Assembly: GCA_951406725.2 (NCBI GenBank)
Contig: OX597816.1
Location: 149,544,001-149,608,000, forward strand
Source: Octopus vulgaris
Lineage: Eukaryota
Length of the DNA stretch: 64,000 bases
Reading direction: 5' to 3'
Shown: positions 38,892-52,556 of the stretch, one piece after another
Layout of the letters: every line of letters begins with the position of its first letter
Position numbering within the stretch: position 1 is the stretch's first letter
Notes under the pieces: model-generated
Told to the model about the DNA's origin: nothing
The model's input: only the letters and a program-made list of their open reading frames with translations
Databases searched by the model: none
Made by a program: the position numbers and the translations under genes

Positions 38892-40236
38892 GTAAAACAA
38901 TAACAACTCAAAATTAATCAGTTTTAAAATTAATCTTGAGGCTTTTTTTACCACAATTAATTCCTTTTTTTTTTTTTATATATTTTATTTATTGGGATCA
39001 CATTGACTCTACCTATAATTTCAGTATCTTATATTACCAGTTGATTTTTACTATTTCTACAATCACTGATATCACCAAACCAAAGAGAACTAACCCCCCC
39101 AAAATCTATACTTTACATTCTACCATCTTAGAAAAGTAAGCACATTGTATTATGTAGTCCTAGATACTCTGTGGATAAAAAAAAATGGAATGGTCATGAC
39201 TGGAAAATTTTAAAGCAAAAGCTTGTTTGATCCAAGTTAACCTGAAGTTAAACAGCAGCAATAACAATAATTTGTTACTCCATTAGCTTTAATGCATTAT
39301 TTTTACTTGTTACCCCCTTAACTGTGCCACATTAATTTCACTAGCAACACCACTGACCACATTACCTGCCACATCAACCCAAGCCAACAGTTGTTACTAA
39401 GTAGACTTTGAGACATTGAGGGAGCTTCTGCATGGTTGCTCTACATGCTGGAAATAGCAGTCAAATCTCACTCAGATCACATCCTACTAATGGATATATT
39501 AGATAATGATACCAATTACACTATCTGAAGGACAAAAAAGACTGGAGGGTCACAGTTAAAACAGTGTTTGGTCATGGATCTACTTGATCAGAGCCAAGTT
39601 CTAAACAACAACAATTAGCAAACCATAAACAACCAAGTCCTTCCCAGAAGTTGGAAATATCCAGTCGATTTGAACAGCAGCCTTTTTCCTACTTCAACTT
39701 GGATTACAGAACTGAATTTCTATTGAAGCAACAACATAGATGGAACATATCAGCTGTCATACATTTCTTTTTTGCCAATAACTTTGCTGAGAGGGGATGG
39801 AGTTAATTATCATAGCTAATCTACTCTTGTAAGTATATGAGAGTTCCAGAGATTCCAGAATGTCTCTCTGATGCAGAACTCCTTCAGTTTGGTGATACAG
39901 GCTTGACTAACTGGATGATAATTCACAGGTGATGTGCAGTTACATTTTTTGAATAAAAGAAATAACACCGGCAATTTCCCACTGTTTTATGATTTTGCAA
40001 TTATTGAAAAAGTAGTGAAAGCTGGTACATTAGAAAGAGCCCACTACATTTGTGAAACAGATGAACAAGGGAGGCTTAGTTTGCATACATTTGACTTGGC
40101 ATCATAGCATTGCAGGAATTATAGAATGTGACACTTTTGATAAAATTACATCATGAAATATACTAGTTTGCTTTCTCTGTCAATAACACAAAAATTAAGT
40201 AAATGAAACATTTCAATTAGTTTTCTTGTCTTTCAG

Positions 40237-40333
40237 GATAATTCTACAGAGGAAATGCCAATGACAATACGTCAAGTAATTTTAGCTGACTTTCGAGATA
40301 CAGTCTTGCTGAAGATTAATCAGGATGTGGAAG
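40237..40333 (+). CDS. PRR5: PRR5/Protor homologue, coding exon (97 nt)
   Basis: TTTCAG acceptor, GTATAT donor. Translates DNSTEEMPMTIRQVILADFRDTVLLKINQDVE(E), cf. 'SVRQLALLHFRNAITL'. Confidence 0.9.
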
Positions 40334-40664
40334 GTATATAATTTACAATTTTTAAACTGCTCTCTTTCTGTGTGTGGGTGGGGTCGAGGTAGGGATTGGA
40401 ACACACACACACACACTCTATGGAACTTAATCCAGAACATGCAGTGTTAAAAATTGAAGTTATTTAACTGAACCACGATATTTTAGTATGTCTCTCATGA
40501 AAATATAAGATTTATATCAAAATCTAATTCATTTGCATTTATTTATACATCATAGGCATGCATGCAAGAATTGTCAATGTGTGTTTTATACACACACACA
40601 CACATATATACACACACAAGATATATATATGTATATAGAAAGACACACAGACAGAGAGAGGGGG

Positions 40665-41160
40665 GAGTGGGAGAGACAAACACAGGATGAGGCAGGGAGA
40701 GACAGACACAGGATGAGGCAGGGAGAGACAGACACAGGATGAGGCAGAGAGAGACAGACACACTGATTTGGAGAGGCAGGGAGTGACAGACTAGCAGAGC
40801 AGCCAGGCAGATGGACGGACTCAAACAGAGAGAAGGACGGACAAGCGGACAGACTCAGGAAGAGAGAGGGAACTGTCAGGCAGACGGACTGACTTGGGCA
40901 CAGAGAGAGAGAGAGGGACGAACAGGTGGATGTATGGACTTGGGCAGTAAGTGGGGCTGATAGGCAGACACACAGACAGATCGGGACACAGAGAGACACA
41001 GACAGACCGGGACACACAGAGACACAGACAGACCAGGACACACAGAGACACGCAGACAGACCGGGACACAGAGACACGCAGACAGACCGGGACACAGAGA
41101 CACGCAGACAGACCGCGACACAGAGACACGCAGACAGACCGCGACACAGAGACACAGACA
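40665..41160. repeat. GACA-rich minisatellite (about 26-28-bp units)
   Basis: cacaggatgaggcagggagagacaga x3 and cagacagaccg.gacacagagacacg repeats. Confidence 0.85.
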
Positions 41161-41161
41161 G

Positions 41162-42238
41162 AAAAAAAAATTAATATTAACTCCTCTCAAAAATTGTTGA
41201 AATATAGCAATGATTGAAGTGCGAGTATATATCAAACATTTAAAGTATTTGATGTTTGTGTATAAAAGGTGTTAAATTAGTAGAAACAGTGCAGTGCCAG
41301 ATTACCTTATAGCATTTAACATTGCCTTCTTTCATGTTCTCACCACCTTTCACCCTCTCAATATCAATGAAACAGATACTATAAAAACACTAAGTCAATT
41401 CAATAGTCTACATTCTTGTCCTATCTTGATCTTATACTCTCTCTCCCCATCTCTCTCGGTCCGTCTGTGTGTCTGTCAGTCAGTCCATCTGCGTCTCTTC
41501 TCTCTCTGTCACTGTCACTGTCCCTCTATGTCTTTCTCTGTCAGTCTGTGTCTCTCTGTGTCATGGTAGATATCTCTCTGTGTCGTGGTTGATATCTCTC
41601 TGTGTCGCGGTCTGTCTGTGTTTCTCTCTGTCTCAGACAGACCGTGACACAGAGAGAGACATCAACAGACCAGGACACAGAGACACCCCGACCGCAACAC
41701 AAAGAAACACAGACCAAGACACAGAAACACCGACCGCAACACAGAGAGATACCGACCGTGACACAGAAAGATATCTAACATGACACAGAGAGAGACACCG
41801 ACCGCGACACAGAGAGAGACACCGACCGCGACACAGAGAGAGACACCGACCGCGACACAGAGACACAGGGGGACAGTGACAGAGAGACAAGAGACGCAGA
41901 TGGACCGACTGACAGACACACAGACGGACTGAGAGAGAGAGAGAGACGGGGAGAGAGAAAGAGAGTATAAGATCAAGGTAGGACAAGAATGTAGACTATT
42001 GAATTGACTTAGTGTTTTTATAGTATGTTTCATTGATATTGAGAGGGTGAAAGGTGGTGAAAACATGAAAGAAGGCAATGTTAAATGCTGTAAGGTAATC
42101 TGGCACTGCACTGTTTCTGCTAATTTAACACCTTTTATACACAAACATCAAATACTTCAAATGTTTGATATATACACGCTCTTCAATCATTGCTATACTT
42201 CAACAATTTTTGAGAGGAGTTAATATTAATTTTTTTTT
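41162..42238. repeat. Palindrome of about 1.08 kb
   Basis: 41162-41525 is a close reverse complement of 41868-42238; the inner minisatellite flips orientation at about 41631. Confidence 0.9.
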
Positions 42239-44039
42239 CCATATTGGCACAAAGCCACAAATTTGTAGACTAGGGGTGCAGTCATTTGAGTCAACTCCTG
42301 TACTTGTTTGTGACCTAATGTTATATATAGTTTTGGCTTTACCATATTTAATTTATTCACAATACTAGAAAAATGAAAAGTGTTCCGTAAAGTGGTGATT
42401 TCTGGAGCAAAGAATGTTTTGTAGGATTTTACTCAGCCAAACAGTGATTAGAATCTCAGTTCCATAGGTCTTGGAAGGTTGCTGGAAATTTCCTCCTCAA
42501 ACATCTCGTTTTTTAAAATTGTGATAACTTGCAGATAGTTTACAAACTGTAACATTCATATGAACATCCTTTCAGTTGGTTACCAATATGCCTTAGGTTT
42601 GCAAAAGTAGAGCTGATTTGTCATCATCATCATCGTTTAACGTCCGCTTTCCATCCTAGCATGGGTTGGACGATTTTGACTGAGGGCTGGCGAACCAGAT
42701 GGCTGCACCAGGCTCCAGTCTTGATTTGGCAGAGTTTCTACAACTGGATGCCCTTCCTAACGCCAACCATTCCATGAGTTTTGTGGGTGCTTTTATGTGC
42801 CACCGGCACAGGGGCCAGACAGGCGATACTGGCAACGACCTCGCTCGAATCCTTTTATACATGCCACCAGCACAGGTGCCAGAAGGCAACTTGTGGCTAA
42901 CTTAAACAATATTTATATAAATTATGGCTGAGCCTATGACAGTGAAGACTTCTAGCATTCTCAGCTCCCTGGACCATATCCTTGCTCACTGTTATCAGGG
43001 CAGTCTGCAAGTGTGAGCCTTGTGAGTCAGAGTGGCTGTTCCAGCACATCCCCTTTGACATCCTCTGGGACAATGTTTTCTCCATATTGTCTCCTAGGAC
43101 CATAAGGTGGTCTGACTTACAGAAAAAGTGCATAAATAGATTTAGATTGTCCTCAGTGTCCAATACTGCAGAAAACTCCTATTGCTATCATTATTATCAT
43201 TAAAGAAAAAAAATCATAGTTTGGGGTCCCTTGTTATTCACACCCAACTGATAAAGTATGACATCATAGAAAAATATAAATTATTGTCTCTAATATGAAG
43301 TTCAAAGCTTTCTATTCTACCTTGTATTGATGATGTTAGACTATATACTGTATTTCCATTGTTCCATTGGGAATAAGAATAAATAAATCTCTAATTTAAG
43401 CCATTTTTACCTTGTAGCTAGATTGTACTGAATATGTCTGAAGATATAAAAGAATTGTTTGGAGGGGGATTTCTTTTTTCTTTTTTTTTTTAATGCTAAC
43501 CTCTGATGCTGAAGTGCCACATTTTTATTAAAACAATGTGCATTGTTCCTGAAAGTTAAACATTATCTCTGATGGAGATTAATCACTCATTTACCATGCC
43601 TAATGTCCCTTCATTGTTATATCTCCTTCATAATTGTAGGAAGCTGACAGAGTTCCAGATCTTTGAAGGACCACCATAGTGTTTGGCAGTCCTTCAAATA
43701 CATGGCTTGTAAAACAGATCTAGAGGTGTGTGTGTGTGTTCTGACTGTGTTCAGTAGTGTACATCAAGAACGGTTATGTCTGACTTATTCTACCAGTCAC
43801 TACTGTTTGTCCATTATGATAACTGCTAGACTGACAGTTATACAACCTGGTGCATATTGTACACCTAATAGATGTTACACTTTCTAGAGCACAAATCACC
43901 ATAACCAGATACTGATAGAATAATTCAAACTAGTAGGCTTAAATAGGCTTATATTATATAACTATGACTAATTAATGCATTGAGCCAATAAAAAACTAAT
44001 TAAAATTCATATAAATATTTTTTTCTACTTTGTGACACT

Positions 44040-45232
44040 CTTATTTCCTCTTTTCTTTCCTTCCTTATCTTTCTTTCCTTCCTTCTCTCTTTCTCTCCTC
44101 TTTCTTTCTCTCCTCTCTCCTTCTCTCCTCTCTCCTTCTCTCTTTCTTTCCATCTCTTTCTTTCCCTTTCTCTCTTTCTTTCCCTTTCTCTCTTTCTTTC
44201 CCTTTCTCTCTTTCTTTCCCTTTCTCTCTTTCTTTCTCTTTCTCTCTTTCTTTCTCTTTCTCTCTTTCTTTCTCTCTCTCTCTCTTTCACACATTCTCTC
44301 TCTCTCTTTCACACACACTCTCTCTCTTTCACACACACACACTCTCTCTCTTTCACACACACACACTCTCTCTCTTTCACACACTCTCTCTTTCACACAC
44401 TCTCTCTTTCACACACTCTCTCTCTGTCTTTCACATACACACTCTCTCTCTCTGTCTTTCACACACACACTCTCTCTCTCTGTCTTTCACACACACTCTC
44501 TCTCTCTCTTTCACACACACTCTCTCTCTCTTTCACATACACACACACACTCTCTCTCTTTCACACACACACACACTCTCTCTCTCTCTCTCTTTCACAC
44601 ACACACACACACACTCTCTCTCTCTTTCACACACACACACACTCTCTCTCTCTCTTTCACACACACACACACTCTCTCTCTCTTTCACACACACACACAC
44701 TCTCTCTCTCTTTCACACACACACACACACTCTCTCTCTTTCACACACACACTCTCTCTCTCTCTCTTTCACATACACACTCTCTCTCTCTCTTTTAGTT
44801 ACACTCTCTCTTTCTTTCAGTCACACTCTCTCTCTCTTTCAGTCACACTTTCTCTCTTCATTCTCTCTCTCTTTCACTCTCTCTCTCTTTCACTCTCTCT
44901 TTCACACACTCTCTTCACTCTCTCTCTTTCACTCTCTCTCTCTCTTTCACACTCTCTTTCACACTCTCTTTCACACACTCTCTTTCACTCTCTCTCTTGC
45001 TCCCTCTTTCTCTCTTTCACCCCTGCTCTTTCTCTCTCTCTCTCACTCTCTCTCTCACTCTCTCTCTTGCTCCCTCTTTCTCTCTCTTGCTCCCTCTTTC
45101 TCTCTTTCTCTCTCTTTCTCTCTTGCTATCTCACTCTTGCTCTCTCTCTCTCTCTTACACACTCTTTCTCTCTCTTACACACACACTCTCTCTCTCTCTC
45201 TCTTACACACACACACATTCTCTTTCTCTCTT
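44040..45232. repeat. 1.2-kb compound (CT)n/(CA)n microsatellite
   Basis: Direct reading; source of the spurious 404-aa ORF. Confidence 0.95.
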
Positions 45233-45300
45233 TAATTAAGGGTTAGGGTTACATTTTTGTTTAGATTTACATATTCATGTATCTTGATATTTATTTCCAG

Positions 45301-45362
45301 AGGCACTTGAAGCTTCAAATGTTCCATTTGAACCAATCAAACAAATGGTCTTGGTTTTACAG
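45301..45362 (+). CDS. PRR5: PRR5/Protor homologue, coding exon (62 nt)
   Basis: TTCCAG acceptor, GTAAGC donor. Translates (E)ALEASNVPFEPIKQMVLVLQ, cf. 'VPPAIVQMLLVLQ'. Confidence 0.9.
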
Positions 45363-45632
45363 GTAAGCATTTCTCAAATGATTTTATTATCCCCATTTTT
45401 GTTTTATATTTAATTTATTTTGCAGTTCATTCATATTTGTATTGATATCTTTTTCTTAAATTCAAACTGATATTTGTTAGGTTAGCATTGAAAGGCCATC
45501 TATATATAAATTTATTGCTCCAATAATTCACCTGAAAATATTCATATTTAGAAAAAAATTCTATCTTACAAAAATGTACATAAAACTATTTTTAAAAAAT
45601 TTCCTTTTATTTTATTTTAATTTTGTTTCTAG

Positions 45633-45792
45633 GGCTTGTATGATGGGAGCAGTTTGGAAACGCAACTGAAATTAGAAAGGCTTGTGGTCCGTGCAGTTCG
45701 TCCTTACTTGGGTGTAAGGGGACTTTATGTGAGAGATACAGAACCAGTTGTTGAGGCCTCTACAAACATTACCCTTCCACCCAAAGATACAG
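45633..45792 (+). CDS. PRR5: PRR5/Protor homologue, coding exon (160 nt)
   Basis: TTCTAG acceptor, GTTTGC donor (phase 1). Translates GLYDGSSLETQLKLERLVVRAVRPYLGVRGLYVRDTEPVVEASTNITLPPKDT, cf. 'LRLETLVQKVVSPYLGTYGL'. Confidence 0.9.
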
Positions 45793-46624
45793 GTTTGCTG
45801 ATAATTATTTTTACATCTGATCAGTTTTCTACATTTTTCTGTTCCTATTTTTATAGCTACACATATCCTACTGATATTCTGCTACTATCAGTACATTCAG
45901 GTTATATCATTAGAATCTTTGGTGTATCAAGTTCATAAGCTCTAGAGCTTATGGGAATTTTAACAGAAAACTTATGCCTCTTCTCACTAAGGTTAGAACA
46001 TCTAAGTTTATAAGTACTTCAAGTCATAGTTTAGTGATATGTATGCATACATGTTATATATGACAAATTTATAAGGCTACATACAGTGTGACAAGTGTTG
46101 TATATCAAATATATATTTTGGGTATCATCATCATCATCATCGTTTAACATCCACTTTCCATGCAGGCAGGGGTTGGACAGTTTGACTGAGGACAGGTGAT
46201 CCCGAAGGCTGCACCAGGCTCAATCTGATGTGACAAAGTTTCTACAGCTGGATGCCCTTCCTAAGTGTAGTGGGTGCTTTTACATGCCATCGGCATGAGG
46301 GTCAGTCAGGCAGTTCTGGAACAACCATGGTACCTGCATGGGTGCCAGTCTGGTGGCACTGGCAACGACCATTCTCAAATGTTGTTTTTCATGTGCCACC
46401 AGCACATGTGCCAGTAAGGCAATGCTGACAATGATCATGCTCAAATGGTACTTTTTACGTGCCACCGGCATGGGAGCCAATCCATGGCCCTGGCAACAAT
46501 CATGCTTGGATGTGCTATTAATGTTCACAGAGCTCAGATACTCTACAACTTTATGAGAAAAAGTAACCAAAGCTGCATGAACAGAACATAGAATATGCAC
46601 GGGAAATGAGCAGTGAATGAGTCA

Positions 46625-48030
46625 TTAAAAAAAAAAAAAACACGTGGGGATCATCAGGTGTACTGTTGAAGAGTTTCAGGAAGCATAGAAGTTTTGAAGG
46701 ATGTAGTATCCTGACGACTAACAACTGATGTGGCTAGTTTATTCCTTGCTTCAATAATTCTGAGTCTCAAAAAACTGTTTCTGAAAGTCATGAATGCTTT
46801 TTTTTTTTTTCTGTTTTAATTTTTATTTTGTAAGCATGTCCATGAGTGTTAGACATATGCAATTCAAAAAGCTACCCAAGGTTGTTGGTGGAAATATGGT
46901 GAATAATCTTGTGGGTGTCTACCAGGTCATGTTCAGAGTATGGCAGAAGCCTGACGGCAGGTATTTGTCTGGTTGCATCTTTCCAGGAGATTGGTATGCT
47001 GAGCTAGATAGGGGTTCCATACTGGTGATGCAAACTCTAAATGTGGGTGTACCAAAACCATATATACAGTTCTAAATAGATAGCTAGAGAGCAGCTGATA
47101 AAGGTTTTGCTGAGTGATGCTAAGACACCTCCAGCCTTCTTGATAGTTTTAGAGATGTGGTTTGTCTGAAGTGAATCACTGTTGACAATAATACCCAAGT
47201 CACATTCACTAGCAGACTTCTTACGATTGGTGTGGTAGAGGGAGTATTAAAAGCTGAGTTTTTTCCTCACAAAATTCATAGTGGTCCACAGCCAGCTTGA
47301 ATTGCCAGTTGGTAATCCATTCCTACATTGTGTCCAGGTCTGATTGCAGGAAAGATTTATGACATATAGGATTTGTTCTTTTTATCTCAAGGTATAGCTT
47401 GATGTAATCTGTATATTTCAACACTGTAATATTCAAGTTGGCATCTATGTCATTAATATATACAACAAACAACAGGGGTCCAGGGATCCCTGTGATAGCC
47501 CAGATGTCATCTCATAGTGTGAAGAGTGCTGTCCTAGATCGATCTCATTTTTGACTGAGAATGAAGAATTTCAACCAGTTGATCTTTTGCACCCATTGCA
47601 ATGAGTTTTGCCATGAGTCGTTTATGTGACACAGAATTGAAGTCTTTAGTGAAGTCTAGATAAATAACATCCATCCATCATTGATCCAGGTGATGTCTTC
47701 AAGAAACTCAAGTTGGCTACAGCAGCTGAAGTTTGGGGAGGATTTAATAAGGCTGTGAGAGTTCCAGAATTTCCAGAGTGTTTCTCTGACACTGGGACTG
47801 CATCAGTTTGGTGATGCAGCTAATAAGACTGACGGAATGGTAGTTGAGGTGTGATCACCTTTTTTTGCACAGAGGAATGACACTAACAATTTTCCACTGC
47901 TCTAGTTAAAGCAGAATTGGTAAAAATGAAAACTGATGCAAAAGAAAGAACCCACCATATTTGAGAAGCAGATAAGTAACACAATCGAGTCCAGGCAAGG
48001 CATAGTTGCCTTATTAAGATGGTATGCAGT
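46625..48030 (-). mobile_element. CR1-clade LINE 3' part
   Basis: Degraded RT motifs (YLDFTKDFNSV, GPLLFVVYIND, YTDYIKL). Colinear with 61505-63130; a fragment also lies at about 39840-40110. Confidence 0.8.
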
Positions 48031-49034
48031 ATGACCAGAGGAAAATGAATGGATAAAGTGTTAAATAAATTATAATACAAAATACAAGCTCTATCACTTG
48101 TAATAAATTCCCAGATTCTAAACTCATATATACTAGAATTTAGAATTAAAATAATTCAATGAGCTGCATATGGGATGTAAATTTGTGGTGTATTTACTGA
48201 TTGCTTTGTATAGCTATTTTGCTGTGCTTGAGTACAAGGGACATACCTCTGTTCATGTTTGCTTAATCGTCAACGAATTTTTATTTCAAAACCTTGTTTG
48301 TGCTAATTATTAATTATAAAAAATAGATAAATGCTTCAATATGGAAAATTGATATGAAATAGCACCATTTTAATTTAGTATATTTACATTTACTGGAGGT
48401 TGTAGGATTCATGGAATACCATCGATATCTTTTACTTGTTTCACTCATTGTATTGTGGTCATACTGTAGCACTACCTTGAAGGATTTAATCAAAGAAATG
48501 TACCCCAATATTTTTAAGTCTGGTACTTTATTGGTCTCTTTTGCCAGACTGCTACTCTATGGGTAGGGTGGGAAAACAAACCATCATGGTTGTTAAGCAG
48601 TGCATGGATGACACACATACATACACATAGACACGGCTCTGTAGTTAAGAAGCTTGCTTTTGTGACCATCTGGTTTTCAGGTGCAACTCCATTGTTTAGC
48701 ACCTTGGGCAAGTGTCTTCTACTATAGCCCTAAGCTGACTAATGCCTTGTGAGTGAATTTGATAGATGGAAACTGTGTGGAGGCCCATATTTACGTTTGT
48801 ATGTATTTGTTTTTGTCTGCAACTTAGCAGTTCAACAAAAGACCAATAGAATAAGTATCAGAGTAAAAGAGCTCTTCAGGGTAATACTGAAATAAGTAAA
48901 AAAGATATATACAAAAGGGGCTTCCATACAGTTTCTGTCTCCCAAATTCACTCACAAGGCATTGATTGATCTGGGACTGTAATAGGAGACATTTTCCAAA
49001 GATGCTACATACCATGTGATTGCAAAGCAAACCT

Positions 49035-49266
49035 ATTTCTTTACTATCCACAAGGGGCTAAGCACAGAGAGGACAAACAAGGACAGACAAACAGATTAAG
49101 TTGATTATATCGACTCCAGTGCGTAGCTGGTACTTATTTAATCAACTCCGAAAGGATGAAAGGCAAAGTCGACCTCGGTGGAATTTGAACTCAGAACATA
49201 GCCGCAGACAAAATACCGCTAAGCATTTCGCCCAGCGCGATAATGGTTTTACCATCTCAACGCCTT
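49035..49266 (-). mobile_element. SINE family B with perfect 20-bp TSD, nested in a family A SINE
   Basis: TSD tgtgattgcaaagcaaacct at 49015-49034 and 49267-49286. Confidence 0.88.
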
Positions 49267-51331
49267 TGTGATTGCAAAGCAAACCTGTTAACCATACAGC
49301 TATGCCTTTACAAGTATGTATGTATACTCACAAACCTGCATGCAAGCAGGCAGATCTGTGCATGTATATGTCTATGTAATGAAACAGAATAAAATAAAAG
49401 TATATTGAACTATTACCTTTCCTGGTGGATGATGGAGTTGATAAAATATATATAATATGCAATTGCTGGTTGTCAATCCAAGAAGATTGCAGAGTAATAT
49501 TTAATTTCTGGACTATTAACTTCTATTTCATGATGAAGCTAATAAACCTGAAAAATGATCTTATTAGCAACACTGCATCTCAGACATGATCAAGTAGATC
49601 TATAATCAAGAGTATTCAAGCTATGCCCATCTCTTTTTCTGACTCATCACAGTGAACTAAGAACCATCTTAATGTATTTGTTTGTTCTAAAACAACAGTT
49701 TCATTGAAGCAGTTTGACAATTGTTCTTTGCAGATGAAGCGTCTTATGAATAGGTAAAAAGGAAAATTGTTACTTAATTGGTAGTTTATTTTAGATTTTG
49801 AAATTCTTATTCGTTATACATCTTCACTGACAAGGTTAAAGTATTTTTGATTTGAAAGAAATTATCATTCATTTTATTTGAAGATTATAGACTAATGCAG
49901 AAAGAAATTCTAGAAACTAATTCTTGAACACAATTAGTTTGTCATTTTTGGAAGTTGTTTTAGGACACTCAGGAAAATCACAAACTGTTCTAGAAGGCTA
50001 ATAGATGACAAGAACTTTAGTTTGATCACAAGAATTTTTTTTGGTATATCTAAACCAGTCAGCTGGTTAAGATGTAAGAGTTATATAAAATAGATACAAC
50101 CTCTACTCGACAAGGATATTAGGATATCAATGTACTCCACTCATTCTGATGAATTGCTTCAGTTATAAATTCCATTTGTTTATTGGAGGGAAGACAATGT
50201 TGTCAATGTGTTTAATATATAATTACAATGATTGATCCATTTATTGTATTATAAATAGCTAATAGACAAGTCTTATGCTAGAGAGATGATATATGTAACC
50301 TGTAAGAATTTCTTGATTACATTATACACCCACACATATTACATAGAGAACAACTTTACACAACACACAAACCCTTTCTCTTATCTCAAAAGATATATTT
50401 TTGACTTATTCTTTTCTTAGCTCATGACTGTTAAAAAGTTAGACATTTTCTGTTATTCCTACCCCCAAATAAATAACTATCCTTGAATTTGGTATTATCT
50501 TTTATGTTGTGTGTCTTTTTCTTCCTTTCTTCCATTGGTATGATTCTGTTTGGTTCACCATATTAGTATGACAACCAAAGAGGACATTAATGTTATTTGG
50601 GGATTATCAATACTTGATATGCCATATTGATAGTGAGTCATAGCAGCTACTTGCTTCTGAATGAGAAAGGGCAAAGTTTTATGATTGGTAAATTATTCCT
50701 CAAGAAATGAATAGTTCTGTTGACTTGAAAGACAGGAAAACCAAGCTGTGATGTACGAGCCTCCCAAAAGGGTAATGACTGTAAGTGAAGATAATTAACC
50801 ATATCCAGAAGTGTAAACCAAGTTAGGGTCTTAGCTTATTCTGGATTTTATTCCTCTGAACTTAAACCTCTTCCTTCGCATAAATATATTTGAATCTTAT
50901 TGGTGATGTCTTTTTATTTATTTATTTTTTTTAACAACTTAAATCTTCAGGAAATAACATCAATTGAAAACATTACCAACACATTCAAAATGTGGAAATG
51001 TTCCCCAAAACAGTCATCACCATAAGCTCATCATTGAGTTATTTCGCTTTCGTTTTGTTTTAATTATATACAGAGTTGTCAGAAACATGAATAAAGGTAT
51101 ATTTAATAGCATACAAAATAAATTTTTGGTTTATTGAGGTTATCATTGCTTCCAAAGATAAGACAAATGGCTTAAGGTAATTGTAACCAACTCCAAATGA
51201 GAAAGAGAGATAATCTCAAAGATCAATAATTCTCCAATGGTTGTCTGAGGACAGCTTTGAACAAATTTTTGCCTCAGTAGGCATCACCAGTCAACCAGTT
51301 ATATATGTGTGTGTGCGTGTGTGTATATATA

Positions 51332-51504
51332 CTGTATTTATTCATGTATAGGTTACACTTGTGTATGTCACACCCCTTATTTAGTGCTCAGTCCTGGTAA
51401 AAAATTTTTTTCCTTAGTGTTAGCTTCGCACCAAATGACTTACATCCTAGTTTTTCAATTAAAATCAAGTACAAAATAGTGCGACTTATACTTGAGTAAA
51501 TATG
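51332..51504. mobile_element. pogo/Tigger-like MITE
   Basis: TA-flanked imperfect TIRs ctgtatttattcatgtatag / cttatacttgagtaaatatg. Confidence 0.55.
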
Positions 51505-51761
51505 TATTTTATTTCTTTTTATTCATTTCACACCTCCCCCCCATTTTCTTCACCACGCTAGCTTAACCTAAATGGGAATTGTTATTGAGGTGGTACTGTA
51601 TGATTTTCACTCACCTGCTTTTTCAGATAAGAGGTTTTTATATTCAACAATTCTTCAGAAACATGAAGTGACTGATCATAATGTCAGTAAAGATTATCAC
51701 TCAAATGGTGACAGGCAAACTATCAACACACACACACACACACACACATAAGTGTATATAT

Positions 51762-52556
51762 CATCATCATCATCATCATTTAACATTCATTTTCCATGCT
51801 GGCATGGGTTGGATGGTTTGACTGAAAGCTGGAGAGCTGCACCAGGTTCCAATCTGATTTGACATGGTTTCTATGGCTGGATGCACTTTCTGACACTAAT
51901 TACTCCAAGAGTGCAGTGAGTGCTTTTTACATGCCACCAGCATGGATGCCAGTTATGCACTCCGGGCATTGGCCACAACTATGATCTCACTTGGCTTGAC
52001 AGGTCTTCTCAAGCACGGTATACCACCAAAGGTTTTGGTCACTTGTCACTGCCTCTGTGCAGCCCAATGTTTGAACAGTACTTTTTACATGTGACTGGTA
52101 CGGGTGTTAGTTACGTGACACTGGCATTGGCCACAGCTAAGGTTTCGCTTGGCTTGATGGGTCTTCTCAAGCATATCACCCAATGTTTAAGGGTGCTTTT
52201 GATGTGCCAATTACATGACACTGGCAACAGCTACAACTATGATTTCACTTGGCTTCACAGGTTTTTTCAAGCACAGCATATTGCCAAAGGTCTTGGCTAC
52301 TTGTCATTGCCTCTGTGAGGCCCAACGTCTGAAAACCATGCTTCATTCCATGTCTTCCTGGGTCTACCTCTTCTTCACGTTCCTGCCACCACTAGAGTTC
52401 AGTACTTCTTCACATGACTGTCCACATCCATACACATCACATGACCATACCAGTGCAGTTGTCTCTCTTGCACATCACATCTAATGCCTCTTATACCCAA
52501 CTTTTCTCTCGATGCTTAAACTGTGTTTTGCATGCGCACTGACATTACACATCCAG
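51762..52556 (-). mobile_element. RTE-related 3'-end repeat with short ORF remnant
   Basis: catcatcatttaac..ttccatgctggcatgggttgga..ggatg motif. Other copies at about 1960-2035, 12990-13260, 14625-14960, 24170-24268, 34380-34630, 42622-42880, 46125-46520, 57575, 58470 and 63805. Confidence 0.75.

Noticed and set aside
40533-42144. Cys/Val-rich and TQRD-rich ORFs
   Set aside because: Minisatellite translations on both strands.
44032-45246. 404-aa ORF
   Set aside because: Translation of the CT/CA microsatellite (S/L/H/T repeats), not a gene.
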